Below are positions 38,056 through 47,283 of a DNA stretch of 64,000 bases, piece by piece (position 1 is the stretch's first letter; each line of letters starts with the position of its first letter). Origin of the DNA: Candidatus Hydrogenedentota bacterium. Its GTDB lineage: Bacteria > Hydrogenedentota > Hydrogenedentia > Hydrogenedentales > JAEUWI01. The stretch is taken from positions 32,001 to 96,000 of the forward strand of contig JAXMOL010000010.1 of assembly GCA_034669905.1 (NCBI GenBank). Reading direction: 5' to 3'. Position numbers and translations under genes: made by a program. Below the pieces are notes generated by a model. That model was not told the DNA's origin. It saw only the letters and a program-made list of their open reading frames with translations, and searched no databases.

Positions 38056-38526
38056 ATGCTGAGCCATATCGACGAGAACAACCAGCCCGGCGTGGTGGAC
38101 GTGAGCGCCAAGCAAGTCACCCTGCGCACCGCCACCGCCCAGAGCATTATCACCGTGCCCGACGAGGTCATGGCCGAGTTGTGCGACGGGGACATCCAGA
38201 CGAAAAAGGGCCCGGTCTTTCAAACGGCCATCATCGCGGGGACCATGGCGGCCAAACAGACGAGCAACCTGATTCCCCTGTGCCACCCCTTGCCCCTGGA
38301 GGGCTGTAAAATTCACATCACGCCCCAGGGCAAATACGATATTCTCATTGAGTGCCGTGTCAAGGTGCACCACAAGACGGGTGTCGAAATGGAAGCCCTC
38401 ACCGGCGCGACGGTGGCCGCCCTGACGATCTATGATATGTGCAAGGCCTTTTCCCACGACATGGTCATCAAGGAAACCCGCCTCGTGGAAAAACACGGCG
38501 GAAAACGCGATGTGGAACGAACCTGA
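38056..38526 (+). CDS. moaC: Cyclic pyranopterin monophosphate synthase
   Basis: LIPLCHP, TGVEMEALT, IYDMCKA, KHGGK; true start is the ATG at 38056. Confidence 0.95.
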   Translation: MLSHIDENNQPGVVDVSAKQVTLRTATAQSIITVPDEVMAELCDGDIQTKKGPVFQTAIIAGTMAAKQTSNLIPLCHPLPLEGCKIHITPQGKYDILIECRVKVHHKTGVEMEALTGATVAALTIYDMCKAFSHDMVIKETRLVEKHGGKRDVERT

Positions 38527-38553
38527 GATATCTAGCTTGGCCACTCGTACCTC

Positions 38554-38654
38554 GAAGGACATAAACGACGAAAAGGACCTAAAGGACCGATCGACCGTTT
38601 CAATTTGCGATAGGTCGCATAAGACCCATAGGCCCCATACGACCCATAGGAATC
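38554..38654. repeat. Two 9-bp periodic arrays between moaC and moaD
   Basis: GAAGGACAT AAACGACGA AAAGGACCT AAAGGACCG (38554-38589); ATAGGTCGC ATAAGACCC ATAGGCCCC ATACGACCC ATAGGAATC (38610-38654). Confidence 0.75.
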
Positions 38655-38658
38655 CATC

Positions 38659-38907
38659 GTGACCACCAAGACCCTGAAAATCGGCTACTACGCCCTCCTC
38701 CGCGAACAGCGCGGCCTTTCGGAAGAAACCGTTGAAACGGCCGCCACCACCCCCGAGGAACTCTACACCACCCTCAAATCGGAACACGGCTTTTCCCTGG
38801 AGGCCAATCAACTTAAGGTCGTCATCAACGACGCCTTCAAGGCTTGGGATACGCCCCTCCAGCCCAACGACAATGTGGTCTTCATCCCCCCGGTGGCAGG
38901 CGGCTGA
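38659..38907 (+). CDS. moaD: Molybdopterin synthase sulfur carrier subunit
   Basis: YYALLREQRG, C-terminal FIPPVAGG. Confidence 0.93.
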   Translation: MTTKTLKIGYYALLREQRGLSEETVETAATTPEELYTTLKSEHGFSLEANQLKVVINDAFKAWDTPLQPNDNVVFIPPVAGG

Positions 38908-38909
38908 TC

Positions 38910-40628
38910 ATGTTTTCCATCTCCGACAGCGCCCTCGATCCCCAGGCCCTCCGCGATTCCGTGCGCAACGTGGCAGCCGGTGGCTTCGTCGCCTTTGAAG
39001 GCTGGGTGCGCAATCATAACGAGGGCAAGACCGTCGCGCGTCTGGAATACGAAGCCTACGAGGCCGTCGCGGTCTCCGAGGGCAACGCCATCCTCGCAGA
39101 CGCCATGGAACGCTTCGGACTCCGCGAAGCGAAATGCGTTCACCGGGTGGGCACCCTCGAACTGGAAGATATGGCCGTGTGGGTCGGCGTCAGTGCGGCC
39201 CACCGGGGCGAAGCCTTCGACGCCTGTCGCTTTATCATCGACTCGGTGAAACACCGCCTCCCCATCTGGAAAAAAGAACACTACACGGACGGCGATTCCG
39301 GTTGGGTGAACTGTGAGCACTGCGCCCATGCCGGTCTGGCACTGGATCACGCCAATCACCACCATGGCACATCGTCAGCGGCGATGCCCCAACCCACCCC
39401 TGGCCCCTCCCAGGAGGGGAATAGCGGGCCAGCGGTTGGCGAAAACGTTGCTCTTGCTGTCCCCAACGACACCCCTGTCGCCTCCACAACGATTCACGCC
39501 GACACCTGCGAAACTCCCCTCCTCGGAGGGGCTGGGGGTGGGTTGAATTCAAGCAATGCTCCCATCACCCAAGCGGGCTACTACGCACGCCAGATCCATC
39601 TCAAAGAAATCGGGCAAACCGGGCAAGACAAGCTCCGTCAGGCCCGGGTCTTTGTCGTCGGTGCGGGCGGCCTCGGCTCTCCCGCCCTCCAATACCTGGC
39701 GGCAGCAGGCATTGGCCACCTGGCCATCTGCGAAGCCGACACGCTGGAAGCCTCCAACCTCCACCGACAGACCCTCTTTGACGCGCCGGGCGTCGGCCAG
39801 CCCAAGGCATTGCTCGCCGCCGAACGCCTGCGCGCACTCAACCCCTTCATCAACGTAGTCACCCTCACCGACCGCATCACCCGCGCCAACGCGGTAGACT
39901 TGGTCGGCAATTACGACGTCCTCGTCGATTGCACCGACAACTTCGAAACCAAGTTTCTACTCAATGACGTGGCCGTACTCCACAAGAAACTGCTGATACA
40001 ATCCAGTATCTATCAATATGAAGGCCAGCTATTCGTCTATGACCCCCATCATGACGGCCCTTGCGTGCGCTGCCTCTGGCCCGAAATGCCCAAACCCGGT
40101 TGCGTAGGAAGCTGTGCCGAAGTCGGCGTCCTCGGGGCCATCCCCGGCGTCTTTGGCTCCCTTCAGGCCATGGAGGTCCTCAAGCACCTCCTCGACCTGC
40201 CCGACAAACTCCAGGGCGACACCTTCTTCATGGACCTCCTCAGTCTCCGGAGCTACAAGGCCAAGGCGGAGCGGAATGGAAACTGCCCCGTCTGTGGCGA
40301 TAGCCCCACCATCACGGCTATCGTGGCGGAGGACCCGGTAGAGCTGGATGCGGCCGACCTGAATGGCGATTGGAGCGGCTATGCGGTAATCGATATCCGC
40401 GACGAGGAAGAAGCGGAAGGCGAGCCCGTGCCCATCACCTTTGCCGCCCATCACCCGGCCAACGACATTCGGGTCGATGCCCTCGACATCGACCTGCCCG
40501 AACCCTGGTTGCTCGTGTGCAGCCGGGGCATGCGGAGCAAATACCTCGCCATGGCCCTCCGCAAAGCAGGCCACGAACAGGTTTACTCCCTCCGGGGAGG
40601 AACCCGCGAACTGGTTTCTGCAAAATGA
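38910..40628 (+). CDS. moaE-moeB: MoaE-MoeB-rhodanese fusion
   Basis: MoaE (FEGWVRNHN, LEYEAY, AHRGEAF, LPIWKKE), His-rich tail and linker, ThiF/MoeB (VVGAGGLG, SNLHRQ, CVRC, CPVC), rhodanese (CSRGMRS). Start at the ATG at 38910. Confidence 0.88.
   Translation: MFSISDSALDPQALRDSVRNVAAGGFVAFEGWVRNHNEGKTVARLEYEAYEAVAVSEGNAILADAMERFGLREAKCVHRVGTLELEDMAVWVGVSAAHRGEAFDACRFIIDSVKHRLPIWKKEHYTDGDSGWVNCEHCAHAGLALDHANHHHGTSSAAMPQPTPGPSQEGNSGPAVGENVALAVPNDTPVASTTIHADTCETPLLGGAGGGLNSSNAPITQAGYYARQIHLKEIGQTGQDKLRQARVFVVGAGGLGSPALQYLAAAGIGHLAICEADTLEASNLHRQTLFDAPGVGQPKALLAAERLRALNPFINVVTLTDRITRANAVDLVGNYDVLVDCTDNFETKFLLNDVAVLHKKLLIQSSIYQYEGQLFVYDPHHDGPCVRCLWPEMPKPGCVGSCAEVGVLGAIPGVFGSLQAMEVLKHLLDLPDKLQGDTFFMDLLSLRSYKAKAERNGNCPVCGDSPTITAIVAEDPVELDAADLNGDWSGYAVIDIRDEEEAEGEPVPITFAAHHPANDIRVDALDIDLPEPWLLVCSRGMRSKYLAMALRKAGHEQVYSLRGGTRELVSAK
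39391..39544. repeat. REP-like inverted pair inside the moaE-moeB reading frame
   Basis: 39391-39421 and 39514-39544 are 27/31 complementary; both arms match the intergenic repeats at 29196-29278. Confidence 0.88.
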
Positions 40629-41218
40629 GCGTCGGGCCACCCTACGACGCCGGTGCCATCATTCTCGCCGGAGGCAACAGTCGTCGGATGGGGACCAACA
40701 AATGCTTGCTCCCCTATCAGGGACAACCCCTGATTCAGCACGTGGTCCATCAGCTGCGCCCCCTCTTCGCCACGCTCACCGTGAGCACCAACACGCCCGA
40801 GACCTACGCTTTCCTCGAACTCCCCATGGTATCGGACAGGGTCACCGGGCAGGGCCCCCTCGCGGGCATTGGCGCCGCCCTTGCCCGGGCCACCTCCCCA
40901 TGGAACTTCGTCGTCGCAGCCGACATGCCAGAGATTTCCCGGGACCTCATCGAAAAGCTCGCGGAGCACCTCCCTGGCAACCGCTGCGTGGTGCCTGTCA
41001 CAGAGTCGGGACACTATGAACCCCTCTTCGCCTTCTACCACCAATCCCTCCTTCCCCACATTGAAGAAGCGCTTCATGGCGGAAAATTTCGCATGCAGGA
41101 TTTTCTCCGCCATATGGAATCCGCGACGGTACCGGTGTGCACGGGTCGCCTTCCAAATCTCAACACGCCGTCCGACTACGCCCTTTCAACAAAGAAAAAC
41201 AGTCAAAAACCAACGTAA
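40625..41218 (+). CDS. mobA: Molybdenum cofactor guanylyltransferase
   Basis: ILAGGNSRRMGTNK, GPLAGI, ADMP, NLNTP; ATGA overlap at 40625. Confidence 0.92.
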   Translation: MSVGPPYDAGAIILAGGNSRRMGTNKCLLPYQGQPLIQHVVHQLRPLFATLTVSTNTPETYAFLELPMVSDRVTGQGPLAGIGAALARATSPWNFVVAADMPEISRDLIEKLAEHLPGNRCVVPVTESGHYEPLFAFYHQSLLPHIEEALHGGKFRMQDFLRHMESATVPVCTGRLPNLNTPSDYALSTKKNSQKPT

Positions 41219-41380
41219 TGGTTGGCCATATCGATGAAAGAAACTGACAACAGATTTATAGATACTCAAGCCATTCTGTTCTATCCAAACAAACACAAAC
41301 CAACCGTCAGCAAAGTGAATCCACACAGAGTGGCAAAAATTGGTACTGGTGATTTCTTTCACGGTTGTCTATAATGGTGT

Positions 41381-41552
41381 TTCAGTCGAATGGATATGTG
41401 GTGCAGGTAGCGCGGTTCTAAATCAGGTCGTCGCAACTACACCGTATAACCTGGGATCGTGCCGTATCACGCAGGAAGCGCATTGGGCAGACTACACTCC
41501 CCCTTTCGGGTAGAATCGGGGGAACTGCTGCACAATGTCTTATTCGACTGGT
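41381..41552 (+). ncRNA. Candidate structured RNA / 5' leader of the RRM gene
   Basis: TATAAT at 41370-41375 places the start near 41381; long closing stem (CAGTCGAAT/ATTCGACTG, GGATAT/ATGTCT, GTGCAG/CTGCAC) plus internal hairpins. Confidence 0.55.
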
Positions 41553-41600
41553 TCGCGATGAAGCGCTACCCCGCACACTAGAGGAAGAGACGAATTCACT

Positions 41601-41864
41601 ATGAACATCTATGCAGGCAATTTATCCTATTCCGTGACTGACGAAGATCTGCGGGAGGCCTTTGGCGCCTTCGGTGAAGTGTCCAGCGCCAACGTAATCA
41701 GTGACCGGGAGTCCGGTCGTTCGAAAGGTTTCGGATTCGTCGAAATGCCCGTCGATGACGAAGCCAAACTGGCCATTGAGTCCCTCAACGGACAAGACAT
41801 TAAAGGCCGCAATATCAACGTCAATGAAGCCCGCCCCAAGGCAGAGCGCCCACGACGTTACTAA
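41601..41864 (+). CDS. RRM (RNP-1) RNA-binding protein
   Basis: IYAGNL (RNP-2), SKGFGFVEM (RNP-1), VNEARP. Confidence 0.95.
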   Translation: MNIYAGNLSYSVTDEDLREAFGAFGEVSSANVISDRESGRSKGFGFVEMPVDDEAKLAIESLNGQDIKGRNINVNEARPKAERPRRY

Positions 41865-41954
41865 GGAAGTGTCACCGACCGTACACGTAGCGCTACCCCA
41901 CGCTGGTAGGGCATAATTGGGGTTTCAGGCTCAACCGAAACCCCGGGACGCTGT

Positions 41955-43145
41955 ATGATAGGTCGCGAAGACGCGCTTCAGAAAATTGCTGCTGCCGCAT
42001 GGCAGTTACCCACACAATCTATTCCGTTGGAACACGCCTCTGGGCGTGTTCTGGCGGAAGACGTCTATTCCGACGTCGATCTGCCGCCCTTTCCCAAGTC
42101 TTCTATGGATGGCTACGCCTGCCGGGCGGAAGACGCCTTCGAAACCCTCCGCGTGCTGGAGCATATCCCGGCGGGCAGCGTCCCGACCCACCCCATCACC
42201 CCGGGCACCTGCAGCAAGATCATGACCGGAGCCCCCGTACCCGAAGGGGCCGACTGCATCCTCATCGTGGAGGAGGTAGCCCCCCTCGACGACCATCACA
42301 TCCGATTTACGGGAACCACGCCCAAGAGCAATATCTGTCCCCAGGGTGAAGACGTCCAGACCGGCGATGTCGTGCTCAGACCGGGCCTGCGTCTCAGCCC
42401 GGCCCACCTCCCCGTACTCGCTTCCGTAGGGTGCACCCACCCCACCGTCTCTGCACAACCCCGCGTGACCGTCTTCGCCACCGGCGACGAGTTGGTCCCC
42501 TGGGCTACCGTGCCCCCGGCGGGAAAGATTCGCAATAGTAACAGCATCCAGCTAAGCCACCTCGCTCAGTGTGCCGGTGCGGTGGCCACGGACCGGGGCA
42601 TCGCGCCCGACGCGCGGGAGCGCATGATCCAGCAGTGGGACGAAGCCCTGGAAGAAGATGACGTCATTATCAGCACGGGCGGGGTCTCCATGGGGGACTA
42701 TGACCTCGTGCCCGAAATCCTCCAGCATCATGGATTCGATATCCATTTCGATCGCGTGGCCATACAACCCGGGAAGCCAGTCTTGTTTGGTACCCGGGGC
42801 ACCCAGGCGTGCTTTGGCCTGTCCGGCAACCCGGTCTCCAGTTATTTGCAGTTCATGCTCTTTGTTACCCCCTTCTTGCTGCGCCTCCAGGGGCATACGC
42901 ACCGCCCCCCGGGCCTCCCCGTGATCCTCGGACAGGACTTCACCCGGAAAAACGGTGCGCGAGAAGGCTGGATTCCCGTGGCCCTCAATGAAGCACACCA
43001 GGCCGTCCCCATCACCTTTCATGGTTCGGCCCACATTCATTCCTTTACCGCCGCCGACGGACTTATCGCCTTTCCCGCCGGCACGACCCAACTCCACGCA
43101 GGAGATTCGGTTTTCCTGAGACTCCTGCACGGAAACGACACGTGA
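41955..43145 (+). CDS. moeA: Molybdopterin molybdotransferase
   Basis: PPFPKSSMDGYA, IMTGAPVP, ATGDEL, TGGVSMGDYD, QPGKP, GLSGNPVS. Confidence 0.94.
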   Translation: MIGREDALQKIAAAAWQLPTQSIPLEHASGRVLAEDVYSDVDLPPFPKSSMDGYACRAEDAFETLRVLEHIPAGSVPTHPITPGTCSKIMTGAPVPEGADCILIVEEVAPLDDHHIRFTGTTPKSNICPQGEDVQTGDVVLRPGLRLSPAHLPVLASVGCTHPTVSAQPRVTVFATGDELVPWATVPPAGKIRNSNSIQLSHLAQCAGAVATDRGIAPDARERMIQQWDEALEEDDVIISTGGVSMGDYDLVPEILQHHGFDIHFDRVAIQPGKPVLFGTRGTQACFGLSGNPVSSYLQFMLFVTPFLLRLQGHTHRPPGLPVILGQDFTRKNGAREGWIPVALNEAHQAVPITFHGSAHIHSFTAADGLIAFPAGTTQLHAGDSVFLRLLHGNDT

Positions 43146-44113
43146 GAAACCCCATGCCTTCCCCCCCTGCCGAAAGCAACACGAGTACCCTTTCAACCGT
43201 CGGCCTGAGTCTGTCTCGCGAAAAGGGCAGCCCCCACGAAATCGTCCCCGTACTGACCGTGGACCGGGAGGGCATCGACGGCGACCGTCATCGGGGGCCC
43301 GGCCTCCGTCAGGTGAGTCTGATGCACGCGGCGGTGGCCGCCGCTGTATTCGCCGACACGGATGAAGATGCCCGCCCGGGCATGGGTACCGAGAATATAC
43401 TGCTTGGAGGATCGGGCCTTTCATCCCTGCAGCGACTGGATACCCTGGAGCTCGGCGACGCCATTCTGGAGATCACCCAGATAGGAAAAGCCGTGAGCGA
43501 CGACGGTGCCCAACTCTGTGACGCCCGGGCCAGGTGCCTCCTGTCGGAACACGGCATTTTCGCGCGGGTCATCCATGGGGGTGTCATCGAATCCAACCGG
43601 CCGGTCCGACACCAGCACCGGCTCTTGCGCGCCCACATCATTACCGTCAGTGACCGCGCCAGCCGGGGCACCTACGAAGACAAGAGTGGGCCCGCCGCCC
43701 GGGCCCTCCTGGATACCTGGTGCCAGGATAATCGCTGGGGACTCTGGGTGGAGACCCAGGTCATTCCCGATGAAAAGGAAGCGCTCGAAACGGCACTCGA
43801 AAATGCCCGGCAGAGTCGGGTAGACCTCGTCATCACCACGGGCGGTACCGGTGTGGGACCCCGCGACATTACCCCCGACGTCGTCATGGCCCAGGCGGAC
43901 AAGTTGATCCCGGGCATCATGGACTACATCCGCCTGAAGTATGGCGAAGCCATGCCGCTGGCCCTCACCAGCCGCAGTGTGGCCGCCGTCATGGGAAGCA
44001 CCCTCATCTACACCTTGCCAGGAAGCGCCAAGGCCATTCCCGAGTACCTGGAAGAAATCTTCAAGACGCTGGAGCACATGCTCTTCCTGCTTAAAGGGCT
44101 CGACGCCCATTAA
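43142..44113 (+). CDS. mogA: MOSC-like domain fused to MogA/MoaB molybdopterin adenylyltransferase
   Basis: N-terminal GIDGDRH..RQVSL..ENI..LEITQIGK..GIFARV; C-terminal TVSDR, DKSGP, TTGGTGVGPRDITP, LPGS. Confidence 0.85.
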   Translation: MRNPMPSPPAESNTSTLSTVGLSLSREKGSPHEIVPVLTVDREGIDGDRHRGPGLRQVSLMHAAVAAAVFADTDEDARPGMGTENILLGGSGLSSLQRLDTLELGDAILEITQIGKAVSDDGAQLCDARARCLLSEHGIFARVIHGGVIESNRPVRHQHRLLRAHIITVSDRASRGTYEDKSGPAARALLDTWCQDNRWGLWVETQVIPDEKEALETALENARQSRVDLVITTGGTGVGPRDITPDVVMAQADKLIPGIMDYIRLKYGEAMPLALTSRSVAAVMGSTLIYTLPGSAKAIPEYLEEIFKTLEHMLFLLKGLDAH

Positions 44114-44193
44114 GCGCGCGTAGCACAGCTATCCCCAGCGTGGAAGGCCTGCCCCATCTCGCACAGCCCAACCACCTGCGGCCCGTCGAAAGG

Positions 44194-45162
44194 TCAGCCG
44201 CCCGCTGGCAGGAAGGCATCGGCGTAGATATCCTGCATGCTCGCCCCCGCCAGAAAGGCTTTCCGTTGCACCTGACGCACCAGGGTGGGGTTGCCGCAGA
44301 GATAGACTTTCCATCCCTTTAAATTCGGGATCATCGCCAACGCATGGGCGTCCACCTCCGCCTGCACCCACTCAGAACCGGCCTCATCACGCACGCACGG
44401 GTGATAGCTGAAGTTTGCATGGTCCCGCGCCAGGGCCGACAGGGCATCCACCAGATACCGATCCGCCGCAACAAGCGCACCGTGAAACAGGTGTATAGCG
44501 CCCGTGTGCCCCTGATGCAACGCATCTCGCGCGATGCCATACAAGGGCGCCAGTCCCGTCCCCGTACCCAATAGCAACAGGGGCTGCTCCGAATTACCCG
44601 CCACATAGAAACAGTTCCCCAGGGGCCCCATGAGTTCGAGGTCGTCGCCGGGCGAAGCCTCATGGTGCAACCACCCACTCATCTTTCCTCCGGGTACCAG
44701 GGCGACATGAAACTCGAGGTTATCGTCCAGCGCGGGCACGCTCGCCAGGGAAAAACTCCGCACCAATCCATCCGCCCGCGCGAAATTCACAAACTGCCCC
44801 GGAAAATAGTCCAGGGGTTCTTTCGCCTCCAAAACCACCCGCAGCACCCGTTCGTTCAGGGCTTCCTTGTGTAGCACACGTGCCCCGATACGCATTGAAT
44901 CCGCATCCACCCGGACGGCGCTGAGGTCCGTGTCGGGATAGCAACAGCAAGACAGGAAATAGCCTTGTGCCCGGTGGGTCTCCTTCAGCCCTTTTTGCGC
45001 CGCCGGAGGTAGTTCCCCCGCCGTGGCACGCATCAAGCAACTGTGGCAAACCCCACTTCGACAGGAATTCGGAATCGGGTGCCCCGAACGCTCAAGGCAT
45101 TCCAATACCGATTCTCCTTCGGCCAATTCAATATCCTGTGCTTCAAATTTTACTGTGGCCAT
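44194..45162 (-). CDS. 2Fe-2S ferredoxin + FAD/NAD(P)H oxidoreductase
   Basis: SCRSGVCHSC...LSC; RSFSLAS; GKMS; GTGTGLAP; YLCG. Confidence 0.9.
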   Translation of the reverse strand: MATVKFEAQDIELAEGESVLECLERSGHPIPNSCRSGVCHSCLMRATAGELPPAAQKGLKETHRAQGYFLSCCCYPDTDLSAVRVDADSMRIGARVLHKEALNERVLRVVLEAKEPLDYFPGQFVNFARADGLVRSFSLASVPALDDNLEFHVALVPGGKMSGWLHHEASPGDDLELMGPLGNCFYVAGNSEQPLLLLGTGTGLAPLYGIARDALHQGHTGAIHLFHGALVAADRYLVDALSALARDHANFSYHPCVRDEAGSEWVQAEVDAHALAMIPNLKGWKVYLCGNPTLVRQVQRKAFLAGASMQDIYADAFLPAGG

Positions 45163-45215
45163 TCCGACACTCCCGACCTCTAGCCTTCCGGCGTCTTCCG
45201 ACGCGATACCAATAT

Positions 45216-45611
45216 TTATACCTGAGCTGCTTCGTCCGGCTCGGCAGACCGACCCAGGACATCTTCCCGGGTGCTCTCCGCAATGGCCACTACCTGGTCG
45301 ATGTGATCCTGGTCCACGTTCAGCTCGCTCAACGTGGTGCTAAGGTGCTCCACCACGGCGTCGAAATGGCTGTCATTCAGGCCCTGCTTCACCAAGTGCG
45401 CATGCCCCTTGCGCATGTCCAGCCCGGTGTAGTTGTGGGGACCGCCAAAAGCCATCGTCAAGAAAGCCTTCTGCTTCTGCGCCTGGCGCTCCATGTCTAC
45501 CCCATCGAAAAAATGGGCAATACGATCGTCCGAAAGGACGTGCCGGTAAAAAATATCTACGGCCGCATTTACTGCTGGCTCGCCACCAATTGCTTCATAC
45601 AATCCACTCAT
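45216..45611 (-). CDS. glbN: Group I truncated haemoglobin
   Basis: LYEAIGG..AV.AAVDIFY, FF.GVDM..Q, FL..AFGGP..YTG.DMR..H, HFDAV. Confidence 0.92.
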   Translation of the reverse strand: MSGLYEAIGGEPAVNAAVDIFYRHVLSDDRIAHFFDGVDMERQAQKQKAFLTMAFGGPHNYTGLDMRKGHAHLVKQGLNDSHFDAVVEHLSTTLSELNVDQDHIDQVVAIAESTREDVLGRSAEPDEAAQV

Positions 45612-45678
45612 CGTGTTCTCCAGTCGTTTCCATTTGCCTTGAGTTGCTATGCTTCATCCAGCCATCCTCACACTGCTA

Positions 45679-45701
45679 AAGATGGATTTGAAATGAATCT
45701 T
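45679..45701. promoter_or_regulatory. NsrR operator (11-1-11 inverted repeat) overlapping the glbN promoter
   Basis: AAGATGGATTT-G-AAATGAATCTT; minus-strand promoter TTGACT (45720-45725)-17 bp-TAAGAT (45697-45702). Confidence 0.8.
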
Positions 45702-45780
45702 ATCCTACAGAAGGCGAAAAGTCAACTGGGCGTCCTTGGAATGGTATACTTAGGAACAGAGCAACCGGAGTCCGTACAGA

Positions 45781-46230
45781 ATGCAGCTCACCCAATACAG
45801 CGATTATGCCCTGCGCACCCTCATCTACCTCGCCATCGCCACCGAGAATGCGACCATCACAGAAATCGCAGGACATTACAGTATTTCGCGCAATCATCTC
45901 GTGAAAGTCGTCCACAATCTCGGAAAGCTGGGTTATGTCACGACGATCCGGGGCCGTCACGGTGGGCTGCGCCTTGCCCTTCCACCGGAAAGTATTAACA
46001 TTGGCGATGTGGTCCGCCGCACCGAGCCCAACTTTACAATTGTGGAGTGCTTTGATCGGGAAAGCAACCGCTGCGTCATTTCGCCCAATTGCCGGTTGAA
46101 AGGGGTGCTCAGCGAGGCCTTCCAGGCCTTTACCGACGTGCTCGATCAGTACACCCTGGCCGACATGACCGTCAACCGCGACGAACTTCGCACGCTCCTC
46201 GGTGTCCCCTCAACGCCCACGCGCCTGTGA
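45781..46230 (+). CDS. nsrR: Rrf2-family NO-sensing repressor
   Basis: MQLTQYSDYALRTLIYL, SRNHLVKVV, RGRHGG, three Cys (ECF..NRC..PNCRL). Confidence 0.9.
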   Translation: MQLTQYSDYALRTLIYLAIATENATITEIAGHYSISRNHLVKVVHNLGKLGYVTTIRGRHGGLRLALPPESINIGDVVRRTEPNFTIVECFDRESNRCVISPNCRLKGVLSEAFQAFTDVLDQYTLADMTVNRDELRTLLGVPSTPTRL

Positions 46231-46245
46231 TTGACGGCCCGGCAG

Positions 46246-47184
46246 TCACACCCCTATCTGGCGCGCAAAGTATTCAATCGTGGGCTTTAACCCGGCTTCC
46301 AGCGCGATGCTGGGCTGCCAGGACAGCTGTTCCCTGGCCAGGGAGATATTGGGCTTGCGCCGGGTGGGATCATTCTTCGGAAGGGGCTTGAAGACCAGTT
46401 CGGACTTGGAGCCCGTGAGCCGGATGACCGTCTCCGCCAATTGGCGAATGGTGAATTCGTCGGGATTACCCAGGTTGACGGGTCCCGTAAACCCATCGTT
46501 ATCCATCATGGCCATCATGCCGCGAATCAGGTCTTCGTAGTAGCAAAAGGACCGGGTCTGGCTGCCATCACCGTAAAGGGAGATGGGCTCGCCACGAAGT
46601 GCCTGTACGACGAAATTACTCACCACCCGCCCATCGTCTACCTGCATGCGGGGTCCATAGGTATTGAAGATTCGAATGACCCGAATGTCCACCTTATTCT
46701 GCTGATGGTAGTCGAAGAACAGGGTTTCCGCCACCCGTTTGCCTTCATCGTAACAACTTCGCGGTCCGATGGGGTTCACGTTACCCCAGTAAGATTCTTC
46801 CTGGGGGTGCACGGCCGGATCGCCATAAATCTCTGACGTCGACGCCTGAAGAATGCGTGCATTAACCCGTTTCGCAAGGCCGAGCATATTCAGGGCACCC
46901 ATCACACTCGTCTTGATGGTTTTCACGGGGTTATGCTGATAGTGCACGGGGGACGCCGGGCAGGCCAGATTGAAAATACGATCGGCCTCCAGGACGATGG
47001 ACTCGGTCACATCATGTCGAATCAGCTCGAAGTGGGGATTGCCCAGGAGGTGAGCGATATTCTCTTTGCGACCTGTGAAGAAGTTGTCGAGACAGAGCAC
47101 TTCCTCACCCCGTTTCAAAAGGGCTTCACACAGATGGGAACCCAGAAATCCGGCACCGCCTGTGACGAGGTTTACATGAGACAT
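46246..47184 (-). CDS. UDP-glucuronate decarboxylase (UDP-xylose synthase)
   Basis: [52 protein letters not shown]. Confidence 0.9.
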   Translation of the reverse strand: MSHVNLVTGGAGFLGSHLCEALLKRGEEVLCLDNFFTGRKENIAHLLGNPHFELIRHDVTESIVLEADRIFNLACPASPVHYQHNPVKTIKTSVMGALNMLGLAKRVNARILQASTSEIYGDPAVHPQEESYWGNVNPIGPRSCYDEGKRVAETLFFDYHQQNKVDIRVIRIFNTYGPRMQVDDGRVVSNFVVQALRGEPISLYGDGSQTRSFCYYEDLIRGMMAMMDNDGFTGPVNLGNPDEFTIRQLAETVIRLTGSKSELVFKPLPKNDPTRRKPNISLAREQLSWQPSIALEAGLKPTIEYFARQIGV

Positions 47185-47283
47185 GAACTGAACACTCCGG
47201 TTGATACATGCAGCTGATTGAGAGGGTCAAAGCGGTGCAAGAATACCATACACAGCGACGGCGTTCCCATCGCCGTACCCGGC

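Noticed and set aside
41381..41552. Assignment as Moco riboswitch, SRP RNA or 6S RNA
   Set aside because: I could not find the hallmark motifs by eye, and the fold looks multibranched rather than rod-like. Left unassigned pending an Rfam search.
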